Shown one piece after another: positions 12,601 to 24,981 of a stretch of 64,000 nt of DNA. Numbering within the stretch: position 1 is the stretch's first letter; every line of letters starts with the position of its first letter. The position numbers and the translations under genes are program-made. The DNA is from Adineta vaga. Lineage: Eukaryota; Animalia; Rotifera. The DNA is taken from positions 13,829,211 to 13,893,210 of the forward strand of contig CP075497.1 in NCBI GenBank assembly GCA_021613535.1, written 5' to 3'. Below the pieces are notes generated by a model, which ran no database searches, had not been told where the DNA came from, and saw only the letters and a program-made list of their open reading frames with translations.

Positions 12601-14697
12601 TCGTCTTGGCCTTGTCCAGTTTGCAATCTTTTTGACTTCTAAATGGAAATAATACATGAAAATCTATCTCCATCATTCTATAAATACATCAACTAACTTT
12701 TCAGTTGGTTTTTTTCCTAATCGTTCGTTAATTACGCCGTTCAATGGTTGAAGTGTAAGAAGATTTTCGACAACCAGCATTTTACGTAGATACCAAGTAT
12801 AACCCACAGTAACATCGTTGATATTTGACCATATGATCCATTTAGAACGATCAATTCGTTGACATTCAGCCAATAAAAAATTATTTATGGATCTTTCCAT
12901 AGCATGTTGAAATGATACATCAATCGAAGCCAAATTGGATGTTAATCGATCACCTTGTTTTTGATCTATATACTTCAAGTTCTTGCTCATTAATCGAAAT
13001 ATAATACGAATAACTTTCATTGACCAAATGCATTTTGATAACATATTGACTACTTTACGATAAATTGATTTTAAATGTTTTTCAGAAGAATTCGATGATT
13101 TCCACCAGTCATTGATTAAAGATGCCAGAAGTTTGAAAGAAGAAGTATCATGATTGTGACTTTGACTGCCATAATAATCGTCCTCTCGAATATCATTGCT
13201 AGTCAAAGAAGCAGCATATGTTGCTGGTGTTGTAATGTTTTGTTTTTTCAGTTCTTCCAATAAACGTTCTTCATAATCAATACCTATATGTGAGAAAAAA
13301 CGAAACATTCAATAAGAAATATATATGTATAGATAACAATGAGCCATTGACTCATAGAAAGAAGATTGTGAAAGGATATCATACACTGATCGAAATGAAT
13401 CTCAACAGATTTGCAAAGGTGGAATCCTTATGTTTGATAGTTATAATTGAAATATGAAATAGATACTCACATTCTGAATTGATTTCAGCAACATCAGCTT
13501 TATCTGCCATATAACGAAATTGAAGTTGATTTTTAAAAAAATAAGTAACTGAATGTGCAAAATGAGGAAAAGAAGGAATATGTGTAAAAGATTTTGATTT
13601 CATTTTTGGTAATTCATTAATAGACTGACACCATGTAAAGAAGACACGTCCAAAAACACCATCTTGAATTCGTGTTTCATGAAAACGTTGAAGCATTGAA
13701 GTTAATTTTGTACCTGTACTTGCAACAAACATGTTAAAAAGTGCTACTGGTCGGTTGATTTTGATTTGTAATACACCTGTTCCTCGAATAAAACCACCAC
13801 GAATACCATCGGATGCATCGCAAAATAAACTTACACCACCGGATGTTTCATTTTTACCTTGTTCATAGTAACCTAATTTACCAAGTGCAACATCTCCATC
13901 CGAATGTAATAGTATGGTATTAATTTTTGCTAAATTTGTAAGTAATGCTACTTCTGTTGTATTGGAAACCACCAAAGAATATTCTGGTTCTTGTGATTTG
14001 TTTTTATTTTTCTCCATATGAATGTTTTGATCATTATCATCATTTTCATTGTTTGGATTTCGTTTTGCAGATGAATATCGATCAGGAAATGAATTGATAA
14101 CACTTTGTAAAGCTGCTGACACTTCTTGGCAGATTGAACTTTTGTTGGATGCTAAAATAAAGAATAAGTTTTAGTACTAGAATATAATCAATCAAAAGAT
14201 AATTTTCGACAAGATTTTTCGTGAAAAAAGTATCCTTGAATTATTTATTATTAAAAATATATCATTTATGATGGATAATGTAAAAATATCTAATTTCATT
14301 TCTCAACATATGATTCCTATTCTAAGTTCTGCCGAATTCTTAGAAGTCAACAGAAATATATACATCGAATTGAATTGTGAAGAACACTATACATACCACT
14401 TTCACCTAACAAATGGTGATTTTGATTCAAGAAACCAATACTGTTATTAACTGGATTATAAAAATATGATTCATCAGATAATGCACCAATGATGGCATTT
14501 AAACCTGCCAATGTTACTTCATAAGAATGACCATTACGTTGTTGTTCTTTTAAGAAACACAGTAGATACCAATCATCTTCTTTATCAAGAAATTCAACAT
14601 CAAAACTTGGTAATGAATTTAATTGCTGGAAATTTGCATCAAGAACCAATGCAAAATCATTGGGAATTGCATGTGATGATGTTCGATTGTTCGCCAT
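9700..14697 (-). CDS. Large multi-exon DUF3987/YfjI-like P-loop (AAA+/helicase-like) protein with two related C-terminal domains separated by a low-complexity linker
   Basis: Splicing 14397/14151 builds a Walker A-like LLGESASNKS. It is followed by ILLHSDGD..LGKLGYY, SLFCDASDG..IRGT, NMFVASTG and DGVFGRVFF. Further exons lie at 13285-12293, 12148-11940 and 10400-9913. Exon ends are approximate. Confidence 0.65.
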
Positions 14698-15811
14698 AAT
14701 ATATCATAAAATAAAGCTTGTTTTATCTAAATAGTAAGAAAACAATTAGAAATTTAAAGATATCTTACAGAGAGAGACTAATTCATATAAATGCGTTTGA
14801 ATCGTTCAAGTTGGTGGTATTTATAAGGATCAAGTATAACAAAGAAATTTTATTCAAATAATGAAAATGACCTGGACAAATGTATTCTTATCATAATGTA
14901 CACAATGAATTGAAACCGACGGACTATTTATTATAGCAACAGAAATAAAGAAAATAAAGGCAGAGAGATTATAAGAAAATCTTTGTAACAAAGAACGCAT
15001 CTTACTTCTTCTTGGCAGTCGAGTCAACTAAGATTTCCGAATACAAATATCTATTCAAGATTAAATCCATTTAGAAAAAAGAAAGAAATTATTTTTTGTT
15101 TTCAAAATACAATTTTATTAATACATTGAACTTATAAACACCAAAACTTGACGAATAAAGATGTCGCCGGAGATCAACATGTATGTATAAAATGACATCG
15201 TGAAATTTTTTATGTTATATTAACGTATTCAGATGGATAGTATAATAATGGTATGTACGATACAGAAAAGAATAGGAGGATAATTGAATTTCTAGATAAA
15301 AATCATAATTTTATAATTGATTATAATACAGTCAATATACACTCATTCAATTGATTGTACATATATATGTATTATGTACAACAAAAAGCAGTTTCTACAA
15401 AAAATTACCGTTCAACAGCAATAATGTACCATAATGGAAACCGACGACAGTATTATCATGTTATCTTGAAATGATTATATTGAAGTTTCTATAATTTTCA
15501 ATGCAACTATAAAAGATCGATAATGATCTGAAAATTTTTAATATGGTTATTCATACATAACAAGATAATCTACCAACGAATTGATAATTTTATTCATTTA
15601 TGTTGTTATTGTTCTATGAATGTTTATCAATACTCGAATAAATATTGCTTCTACGTCAATCATTTTATTCTTTCAAATAATTTGTAAATCCTATTTTCCT
15701 TTAAAAATAGTGAGCTTATAAAACAGAAAGGCTTATTGTTACTAAGTAATATGCCTATTCATGAACAAATTTCATATTAATGCACTTCCAAAAAAATCTC
15801 TTTCATTAGGA

Positions 15812-16095
15812 CAATGATTCTGTATTAATGCATTAAAATGCATTATTTTAATAAAACCTCGTTGATTAAGATCATGACTCTATATCAATGCATTAATATG
15901 CATTATTTCAAATAAACCTCGTTGATTAAAACCATGACTCTATATCAATGCATTAAAATGCATTATTTTAATAAAACCTCGTTGATTAAGACCATGACTC
16001 TATATCAATGCATTAAAATGCATTATTTCAAATAAACCTCGTTGATTAAGACCATGACTCTATATCAATGCATTAAAATGCATTATTTGAAATAA
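15812..16095. repeat. 60-bp tandem repeat, about 4.5 copies, alternating A/B variants, rich in ATGCAT palindromes
   Basis: cattattt recurs at 15841, 15901, 15961, 16021 and 16081; the unit contains aacctcgttgattaagaccatgactctatatcaatgcattaaaatg. Confidence 0.95.
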
Positions 16096-17880
16096 ATTTC
16101 GAATAGACCGTTGGTCATGTATTAATGCATTATAATGCCTTAGTAACGTTTGATTGAGGAGAGTTTGTTGGGTATATTTTTACATATTTTCTTTAGCAAT
16201 CATTCAAGGAACGTGAAAATGGAGATTTTGTATCAAAAAGTCTTTCCTTAAATAATGGTAAACGATACGTTTCTGTCCTTTTTCTCCGATGATCATCCTT
16301 AAAAATTCGTTAAAAGGTCACTATGAAGTTGATTATAAAATTTACATTAGAAAACGAATGATTCGATATCAGGCATAAATAGATCTTTTTTCCCTTTCGT
16401 CTGTTTTTTTGTTGAACGGCATACATGGGGTTCGGGAATATGATTGTTCACAGAAGAGCTAAACATAGTAGATGGACAAGAAAAGAAAATTTAATGATGA
16501 CTTCGACGAAATTAAATTTAACATGGAGAGTTGAAAAGAAATTGATAGTATATGAAAAGAAACAATGATTTATTCAAAATAAAATTTATAGAATTGATAA
16601 GTTCGAAAAATAAAGTTGTTTATGTTAAGTGGTTGAACAATGGATGCATGATATATCCTTCGATTTATCTATTGTTTTTATAGTTATTGTTTGAATTATT
16701 TGATCTTATTCGAAATTAACAGACACATTTGAAAAATACTCTACACAATACATTCGAGTTAAATTTGATCTTGTTTCCTTTTACTTTTTTCTGATAAAGA
16801 AAGTAAAAAAAAGAAAACAAAATGTTAATATGGAAGGAGGTAAAACACAAATAAATAGATAGTTGGGAAAGGAAAAACAAATAATGAACATCACCTAATA
16901 CAAGACCTTTCGAATTTTACGAATCAACTGAGTGTGTATAGATGCATGTAACCAAATCTGTTTTCTACTTGTATGTTATCAAAATACCTGAGTTATTCAT
17001 TTAGTTATTTTTTGTCAGCATACTTTATGGTATCATATTGGCTTTTTTCGTGATATAACAATTTTTCCTTGAAGAATACCTCAATATTAAAAGTCTATAG
17101 ACTTTTACTGTAGATTATATATCTGAAAATAGTTCTTTATTCCATTTACAAATTTAAAGAGTATCCTTTAGTTTCATTTTACAGCAATAAAATGCATTGT
17201 CACTACATCACTGTGATGATAATACAAGTAATATTACATTATTACATATGATTTGTGTCTGATACTTTGCTACGAATCGAACGTTTTTCTTCAGCACTTG
17301 TTATGTATGAGAAATAATTTAATTAAATGATGAAATTCTTTTACAATGATTATAAGCATGATAGTTTAACATTGAATAGTATCTTGATGTTCAGGATCAA
17401 TGTGTTTCTTTATTAATAAATAATCATGCATTGTCATTCTTGTGCATCTATTTCTTTTAATTTCTCCTCTTATACCATATGACATCAAGAACTGATGAAG
17501 GTGAAATTACTCATTACACTTCTACGCTAGGATACATCGAATCTTTGAAGAAAAATCGGCAATTAAATTTTCTATGGAATTATGTCAAATTCATTGGTCA
17601 TAATTATCGAATGCATTCATTTTTCTTTAGTACATGTTTATGATTTAATCTATATACTAAGTCAGTATAAGATTTTATATTTAACACACGTGAGAATCGA
17701 CATTCTTTTTATTTATAAAAAAACAATGAAATAAATTGGCAATTTAATATGGTTTTATTTGAGGATCATTACATGTTCAAATCAAAAGAATTAAATCACA
17801 CGTTAATATGATGCATATTCTTACGACATCTATTGATATAATAACCTCCATTTTTTTGTGCCAATACAGAAATGTATATA

Positions 17881-19084
17881 CACTAAGGTGCAAAAGTCTT
17901 TGCCCTACATATAGCTTGTCTTTTTCACAATATATGTTTCGAAGTTTCTGGAAAGATCTTTCGAGAATGTTCTGGCATGTGAGGAGGACTATATAAACAA
18001 CTATATGTGCCGTGAATCACCGTTAATATCTTTTCTATGATGAAAAAAATGTCTAAACCACGTAATCTATATTCAATGAAAATAGTGCGCTCGACTATAT
18101 TATATCACTGGAATAATGGTCAACGATCTCCTCAAACCATTGCTCGTATGACAAAGATCCCACTTCGAACTATTAAATATAATATTGCGAAGATCAAAGA
18201 ACAAGGTACAATCGAGGATAAACCGCGTCGTGGTCGACCTCATAAGGTCACTGCTAAAGATCATCAAGCACTCGGTCAATGGATTCGACGTGACAACGAG
18301 ATAACATCAAAACAATTAGCAGAAAAACTGCTTCACGACCGAGGTCTGAACGTATCCCGATGGACTGTTCAACGTGAACTTCATCGAATGGGTTATAAGA
18401 GTACTTTACCACGTGGTACACCAATGCTGACTCCACAGCAGAAGGATGCACGTGTTCAATGGGCAATTAAACATCAAAACGATGACTGGAGTCGAACAAT
18501 TTTCACCGATGAAACATGCTATCAATTGTTTCGAAATACCATACGTCGATGGTCGGGCTATCATTCTTTCAATACAATCATGGATGGTAAATTTTATGTT
18601 CAAATTCTTCAAGATCATCTTATTTCCAATGCTAGAAAGCAATTTGGTCGACGATGGCGACTTCAACAAGATAACGATCCCAAACACACAAGTCGAGTGG
18701 CACAACATTTCATATCCAAAGAAGTACCTGAACTAATCGACTGGCCATCAAATAGTCCGGACATTAATCCGGTGGAGAACTTGTGGTCAATTATCAAACA
18801 CCATGTTGAAAAACGAAAACCAACAAATCTTCAAGAATTGGACATGTTTCTACATGAAGAATGGTACAAAATTGACATGGCCGTTATAAATCATTTGATA
18901 CGTTCCATGAAATCACGATGTTTAGCTCTGATTGCATCGAAGGGAGAGAGAATCAAATATTAAATGTAATACTTTTGTACCTTGAACTATATCTTATCTT
19001 TGTATATATTTAGTTTTTATATGGCTTACTTCTTTGCTAATAAATATTTGAAATAATGAGGGCAAAGACTTTTGCACCCTAGTG
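17881..19084 (+). mobile_element. Tc1-family transposon with TA target duplication
   Basis: TIRs CACTAAGGTGCAAAAGTCTTTGCCCT / AGGGCAAAGACTTTTGCACCCTAGTG, with TA on both flanks. Confidence 0.95.
18037..18963 (+). CDS. Tc1 DD34E-type transposase with an apparent in-frame internal deletion
   Basis: Paired-like HTH, RRGRP, FTDET, QQDNDPKH and WPSNSPDINPVENLW are present; the usual V.VWG segment is missing. Confidence 0.9.
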   Translation: MMKKMSKPRNLYSMKIVRSTILYHWNNGQRSPQTIARMTKIPLRTIKYNIAKIKEQGTIEDKPRRGRPHKVTAKDHQALGQWIRRDNEITSKQLAEKLLHDRGLNVSRWTVQRELHRMGYKSTLPRGTPMLTPQQKDARVQWAIKHQNDDWSRTIFTDETCYQLFRNTIRRWSGYHSFNTIMDGKFYVQILQDHLISNARKQFGRRWRLQQDNDPKHTSRVAQHFISKEVPELIDWPSNSPDINPVENLWSIIKHHVEKRKPTNLQELDMFLHEEWYKIDMAVINHLIRSMKSRCLALIASKGERIKY

Positions 19085-19245
19085 TATATTGAACGTGGAT
19101 TACATGATTTTATTGTTCAATATTCAATAGTATTTTTATTCAAATTTCTATTCGAAATATCATATTTCAGATATTCATTTCGATTTTGGTATTATTTTCC
19201 AATAATTATAGATTTTGAAGAATTATTGTTTTTTGCTTATTAATC

Positions 19246-21801
19246 ATGACAAGAAAATCATCATCTAATAAAATAAAAAAAGTCGATCGATCGTAAATCT
19301 GCTCATTCGTGTAAAAAGGTCCATCATCGATTGATTTTCGTTCGAAATAACTATTTGGACTCATCTGGTTAGTCAAATTGCTTTCACCAAACATATAAAA
19401 ATTAATACTTTGGATAAATAAATAAAACTGAAAGAGTCATTCATTTTTACTTTTAAGAGGATGAATCGTCAATGAATAAAAATATTGAACCAACAAAAAT
19501 TGGTAAAAATAATAACAAGAATATTTTGTCAAATTCTGACTCTACAAGTAAAATTTTGCATTTTGATGACAATCAAAAGCAATTGCCATGTTCTAATCAA
19601 AGTAAGTGAAAATGTGCTTCATTCATTCATTTCTTTTCTGATCGGTCTAATATTACTTGATATTTTAGCTATTCCACCAGGTGCTACCCACTCGTCGATT
19701 GAAATTCTTCATGCACCAGATAAATCATCATCTTTTTCACCAAAACCAAGTTTCAGTAATGAAAATTCTTCAACAATAGCTTTATCATCAGGTATTGATG
19801 AAAGTTGATCGTTATTAATAAAGATTTTCATTCAAAACTAAATAAAAATAAAGCTTTGTATCATTTTCATTATTGGAAAAGAAATGAGAAGTCGATTCTA
19901 TATTTATTTATGTCACATAATTTTCTTATTATTTGAAAGATCTTGACTTATGTTATCTTATTGTGATTGTTCTTTTATAGGTTGTCACAAGGAGGATCAG
20001 AATATAAATTCTTCGTGCACAACATGTAGTGAATTTCAAGAACAAATTTTTCTTTTGAAACAACAAATAAATTTTTATAAAACACATTGGATACCTCGGT
20101 TAGCTTTTGATTTGCAAATACAATACAAATCAATTAGTTTCTTTCATAGGTCTGTCGGTTCGGAACCACAATATTCTTCTACATCAACTCAAACAATTGA
20201 TGAGGAAAATTTTCCTCATCATACACCACAGGTTGTTTCTAATGAACCAAAAAGTATGTTCGAGAAAAAATTCAAAAAAAATTTTCACAAAATGAATTAT
20301 TAAAACAGTTAAAGATAATGAGCAATCGCACATATTTAAAGAACAAAAAAATCTAATAAAAATTAAACAAGTTTCTGATTTGAATTGATGTCAATCCCTA
20401 TAAAAAAAAGTCAGAAATAGATTTTAACGTAATCTTGTTGAAGAAAAATCGATTTATATCACTTCATAGAATAATCTATTTTAATTCATTTTAATGAATT
20501 AAATCTTCTAGAATGATTCATTGTAATCAAGTTGAAAAATTATAATTGATCTTCATAGATGTTTCGAATAAGAAAGACTTTTGATTCATTAAACTTTACA
20601 ACAAGCATATTTAGATTTATCGTTTAAATCGATATCGGTTTATTCAGTTTTTTTAAAATAAAAAATTCGGTTTTCACCGGTTAAATAGTGAAATTATTTT
20701 TTAAAATCAATTCTTGAATATCAAATCTATTAAAATCATTAGAGTTTAATGAAATCTAGAAAAAGACAAGTATAATCATAAAAAAGTTTTAGTCAATTTT
20801 GAATGATCTTTTCATATAAAACTTTGATGAAAAATGAGTGAAAATCATAGCATTCGAGTTTATTATTCATCACAGAAAGTCTATCAAAATGCATTTCAGA
20901 TTTTTTGATATTTTAAATCATTTATGTTTTTACGTTCAAATTATTAATATTTTTCTTGAAATAGTTTGATAAAGTTTCTCAATTTTTTAGAAGGAAAACA
21001 TGATGAAGAAGAGGAAAAACAACAACAACAACTGAAAAAAAAGAGAAACAAAAAGAAAACAAAAAGACTTGCAGCCATTTTAGGTTTAACTTTTGATGAA
21101 ATAATCAAATGTAAAAAATCGACAATCACCAGAAGTTGTCGAAAAATAATTAAAACCATGTATCCCACGAATAAATTACGCCAAAAAGAGCGGATTTCAT
21201 CGATGTCGTCAAACAAACTTGATGCAGTACACGGTAAAGATATTTTAAATTCGATTTATATCTAATGAAAAAAAGTACAGAAAATATCATGGAGTACTGG
21301 ACAACATACAATAGACTATTTTGATAAGATTAAGAGGATTTCGAGGATTTATACATAAAGACATACATTAGAAAGGAATTGTCTACTCGTCTTTGTTTTA
21401 TTTTGCATAGCTCATTCAAAAATAATGATCTTTCAGCAAAGTACATAAATTTGATCTTTGCTCATAACTATATAGCGTTCTTCTTAAATTTCACTTGTGA
21501 CTATCGATATAAGGCTTTCAACCATTCTTCCTATGATGGAACACACTATTTACATTTTAACTATTATACATAAACATAAAAATGTATCTATACGAGTGGA
21601 GTATTCACGTATAAATATCAATATTATTGGCATTGTTGCCCATTTACAAATATATATATATAAACTTCTCTTTTGATAACGATAATAATTAAAGATTTTT
21701 TTTTAGATTTGGTCAAATTATTCCATCCAAAGCAAAAACAAACACCAGCACATGTTTTAAATAACGCCATAGGAAATGTTTTTTCTGTTGCTCGTCGATA
21801 A
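19246..21801 (+). CDS. Multi-exon accessory protein: low-complexity N-terminus, CxxC plus coiled coil, C-terminal BEN-like helical domain
   Basis: Exons encode CTTCSEFQEQIFLLKQQINFYKTHWIP and RLAAILG...TITRSCRKIIKTMYP...LDAVH|DLVKLFHP...LNNAIGNVFSVARR* (splice at ~21233/21707). The 5' part is uncertain and may be frameshifted. Confidence 0.5.
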
Positions 21802-21861
21802 AAAAAAAGAATACTTATTTTGTTATTCGAATAGATAAAAGAATGTTTTTCAAAATTTCGA

Positions 21862-22198
21862 TCTATATAATTCTTCTATAGGATATGTTTATGGGCTAGC
21901 CTATACAAGATTAGATTAAACTAGGAAAAAGTAGCGAATATGTTTCTGAGCCAAACGTCCACAGAACAATGTGGTTTGTTGGTAATTCTACAGAAAAAGA
22001 GTAGTTTTTTAAAATCTTAATATTGTAAACAATATGTAATTGAAAACGCCAATTTCATAGTTATTTCTCATCTCACTACTCATACTTGCACAAACTCACC
22101 ATGTAAAGTTCTAAGAGAAGAAATGAATTGTTACATGATAGAATTTTGTTGAAATTATTTTTCACAGTAAACTCTTTGTATCGCACAGAGGAAGCTAG
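21862..22198 (+). mobile_element. Short non-autonomous Helitron-like element
   Basis: A|TCTATATAATT 5' end; imperfect 3' hairpin CTCTTTG-tatcg-CACAGAG followed by CTAG|T; A/T insertion site. Confidence 0.5.
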
Positions 22199-23340
22199 TG
22201 ACAATGATCAATACTAAGATCTATTTTTGAATTACTTTTCACCAACATTACATAATTTGAGAAAAGATAGATGTGGCCCTATAATAATTGGCGATGAAAA
22301 TGTTGAACACGATCGATACTTGATTGAAATTATCCTTTACAATAATAAAATGCATCCATTGAAAATTCAAAGGTACAGATTATGAAGTTTGAAAAAGAAA
22401 CAATGATTTTTATAAAACATATACAAAAGGAATCTAGTTCTAATCGCGTTAGTCAAACACCTAAATGTCATATCAATAAAATCCAACTGAACCGCATTTT
22501 CTATAAGAGTGTTGCTTTCTTCGTGTACTGTGAAAAATTTAGAGCTTCGCCGAAATTCATTCGAAAGGGCAATTTCATGTCCAAAAGCAAACATGTAAGA
22601 GAATGCATAACTTTATTCGAATTCATAGTGATCCCAAACAGGCATACACCATATTCACGGGCACACTTTACACCTGAGAATAGGTTATTTCCTCTGAACG
22701 AATTCACAATGGACGACAGAAACTTACTGTCTAATGATATGTTACTGAAACCAACCTAGTTAACGATACTAAAGTGAGTCCCATCTACTTTCAAGTTTTG
22801 TACCATACTTTTCCGCTCTTCAAATAACATCGGCCGCTACATTATACACTATGCTCAACTAAAAATTTCATGTCATTTGGTAATTTTCTATCACAACCTC
22901 ATATCTTGAAGACCAGCTACTATCAACAAAGGCATAGAAGCAAATTACCATTGAAATCATTACGAAACACCTATCTACAGTCTCTAATCGATCACAATCC
23001 CACCATACAAACTCGAAGACGCTCCATTCACCACATTATTTCCATTATGGCAGCCATCGACAGAATTCCATAAAATATCGAATCATCATTGAGGCTATCA
23101 CGCAAAATAAAAATAAAATCCATGATAGAAACTGGGAAATTCCCGATTATGTCCATCACAAACGGTAAAGCTAAACTCTATAACTGTTACCTACTACCAA
23201 CGAAAATTTAGATTTCCCGCCGGAAAACGCTAAAACGCAACAAATCAGATATTCCCGATGTAAATATATGTATTAAGGTCTATAAAACAGAATTCACCGG
23301 CTATTCACCTCTGAAGTCGACGTAATATTCGGTTTACTAA

Positions 23341-23787
23341 GACCACAAAGACCACAAAGACCAGAAGACCACAAGACCACAAAGACCAGAAGACCAGAAG
23401 ACCACAAAGACCACAAAGACCAGAAGACCACAAGACCACAAAGACCAGAAGACCAGAAGACCACAAAGACCACAAAGACCAGAAGACCACAAGACCACAA
23501 AGACCAGAAGACCAGAAGACCACAAAGACCACAAAGACCAGAAGACCACAAGACCACAAAGACCAGAAGACCAGAAGACCACAAAGACCACAAAGACCAG
23601 AAGACCACAAGACCACAAAGACCAGAAGACCAGAAGACCACAAAGACCACAAAGACCAGAAGACCACAAGACCACAAAGACCAGAAGACCAGAAGACCAC
23701 AAAGACCACAAAGACCAGAAGACCACAAGACCACAAAGACCAGAAGACCAGAAGACCACAAAGACCACAAAGACCACAAAGACCACA
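23341..23787. repeat. Array of GACCACAAA/GACCACAA/GACCAGAA units organised as a 59-bp higher-order repeat, 7 copies plus a tail
   Basis: Units of 9+9+8+8+9+8+8 = 59 bp; the register shifts by 1 nt per 60-nt line. Confidence 0.97.
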
Positions 23788-23928
23788 CATTCCAGGGAAA
23801 AGCACTATACCACTATCACTCCCATAGTGTGACAATTTTCTTTGGATATAAACTCTTCTTAAAAGAAGCGTTCAGTCGTTTACTTAACGCATTGCATAAG
23901 TAAATTAATTATTTTATTTTGTCGCAGA

Positions 23929-24442
23929 ATGTGGTTAAATTCGAATTTGCCGCAAAATCAAATTCCCCATGAACTCAAGTTTATATCATCAATTACACCG
24001 ATTTTCCATCAAATTCGTACCAGTGATTTTGTTCGTGATGCATGGCTCAATTACGTTAACTATCGTCCATTTCTTGAAGCACAATTTCATTATTTTGCAG
24101 ATTTTCGTCATTCAGCTTATGCTTTTTTTCAATGTTACGTACACTTTGTAAATTAGCTTTACAAATAATTTTGTTATTATACTTGATTCAGTTATATTAA
24201 TGGGACAAGTGAATAATATGATGATTAATCGATTAGGAACAAATTTGCAATTATTTGTTATAACATCAACAAGTGATAATCAATACAAACAAGCTTGGTC
24301 ATATCGTCCGTATCCAGACAACGACAATTGTACACGTGCAAAAGGTGTCTATTGTACTCTATCAACAGGTATTTACTCGAGAAAATCTAACAATAAAACG
24401 TCCTCTAATATACATTACGTAAAATTAACACAGAAAAAGTGA
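23929..24442 (+). pseudogene. Fragment of the same Cys/transmembrane-repeat family as 35178-42750
   Basis: ITPIFHQIRTSDFVRDAW...DFRHSAYAFFQ resembles the FHx(V/I)CSS...W...DFR motif of that gene; the reading frame is broken. Confidence 0.5.
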
Positions 24443-24981
24443 TTCTGACAATTCTCTATAAAACATTTACACATCCTAATACTAAATGTGAAAATACTTC
24501 ACAATGGAATGTCAATTCTTGTCACCAGTAAAAGTCGATCTGTCTACCGAAACTAATAGTAGAACGATTAAGTCGATATATAGTTGTGATTGATCAATTG
24601 ACGGAAAAATAATTTCATAAGATTTCTCTTTCAAGATTGAATGTGTATACATTCTGTTTGCTGACGAACTAGAATTACTTTTAAAAACAATTTATAATGG
24701 AGTGTCATCCGCAGAAGTACAGTAGTCATCAAAATCATTATGCTGGATAAATTGCAAGAAAAGAATGAAAATGATTTTGAGGGAGTGATTTATCAATTTA
24801 AGATTTTCTTTAAGATAGTTTTTTCGATCTTTATTTTAGAGAAATACCTACGTATGTATCAAAGAATCACAAAGGATACACATGTAAAATATTGATTATA
24901 GGGCGGTATTCATTGTTCGTGGTTGAGGACGAGCAAATAATATTGAATTTGTTTCTTCTCTTTCTGAATGTTTAAGAGTAT

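Larger units (their letters stand above)
5252..23790. mobile_element. Putative giant KDZ-family DNA transposon bounded by inverted tandem-repeat arrays
   Basis: The TTGTGGTC array (5252-5520) is inverted relative to the GACCACAA array (23341-23787). Between them lie the KDZ transposase, a DUF3987-like gene and a BEN-like gene. Outer termini and TSD are not resolved. Confidence 0.65.

Noticed and set aside
15812-16095. CRISPR-like array
   Set aside because: The units are contiguous with no unique spacers, there are no cas genes, and the context is eukaryotic.
22367-23073. Short ORFs near the right array
   Set aside because: No recognisable motifs or consistent splice pattern; probably non-coding subterminal DNA.
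23294-23835. Three overlapping repeat ORFs
   Set aside because: Same artefact, from the 59-bp array.
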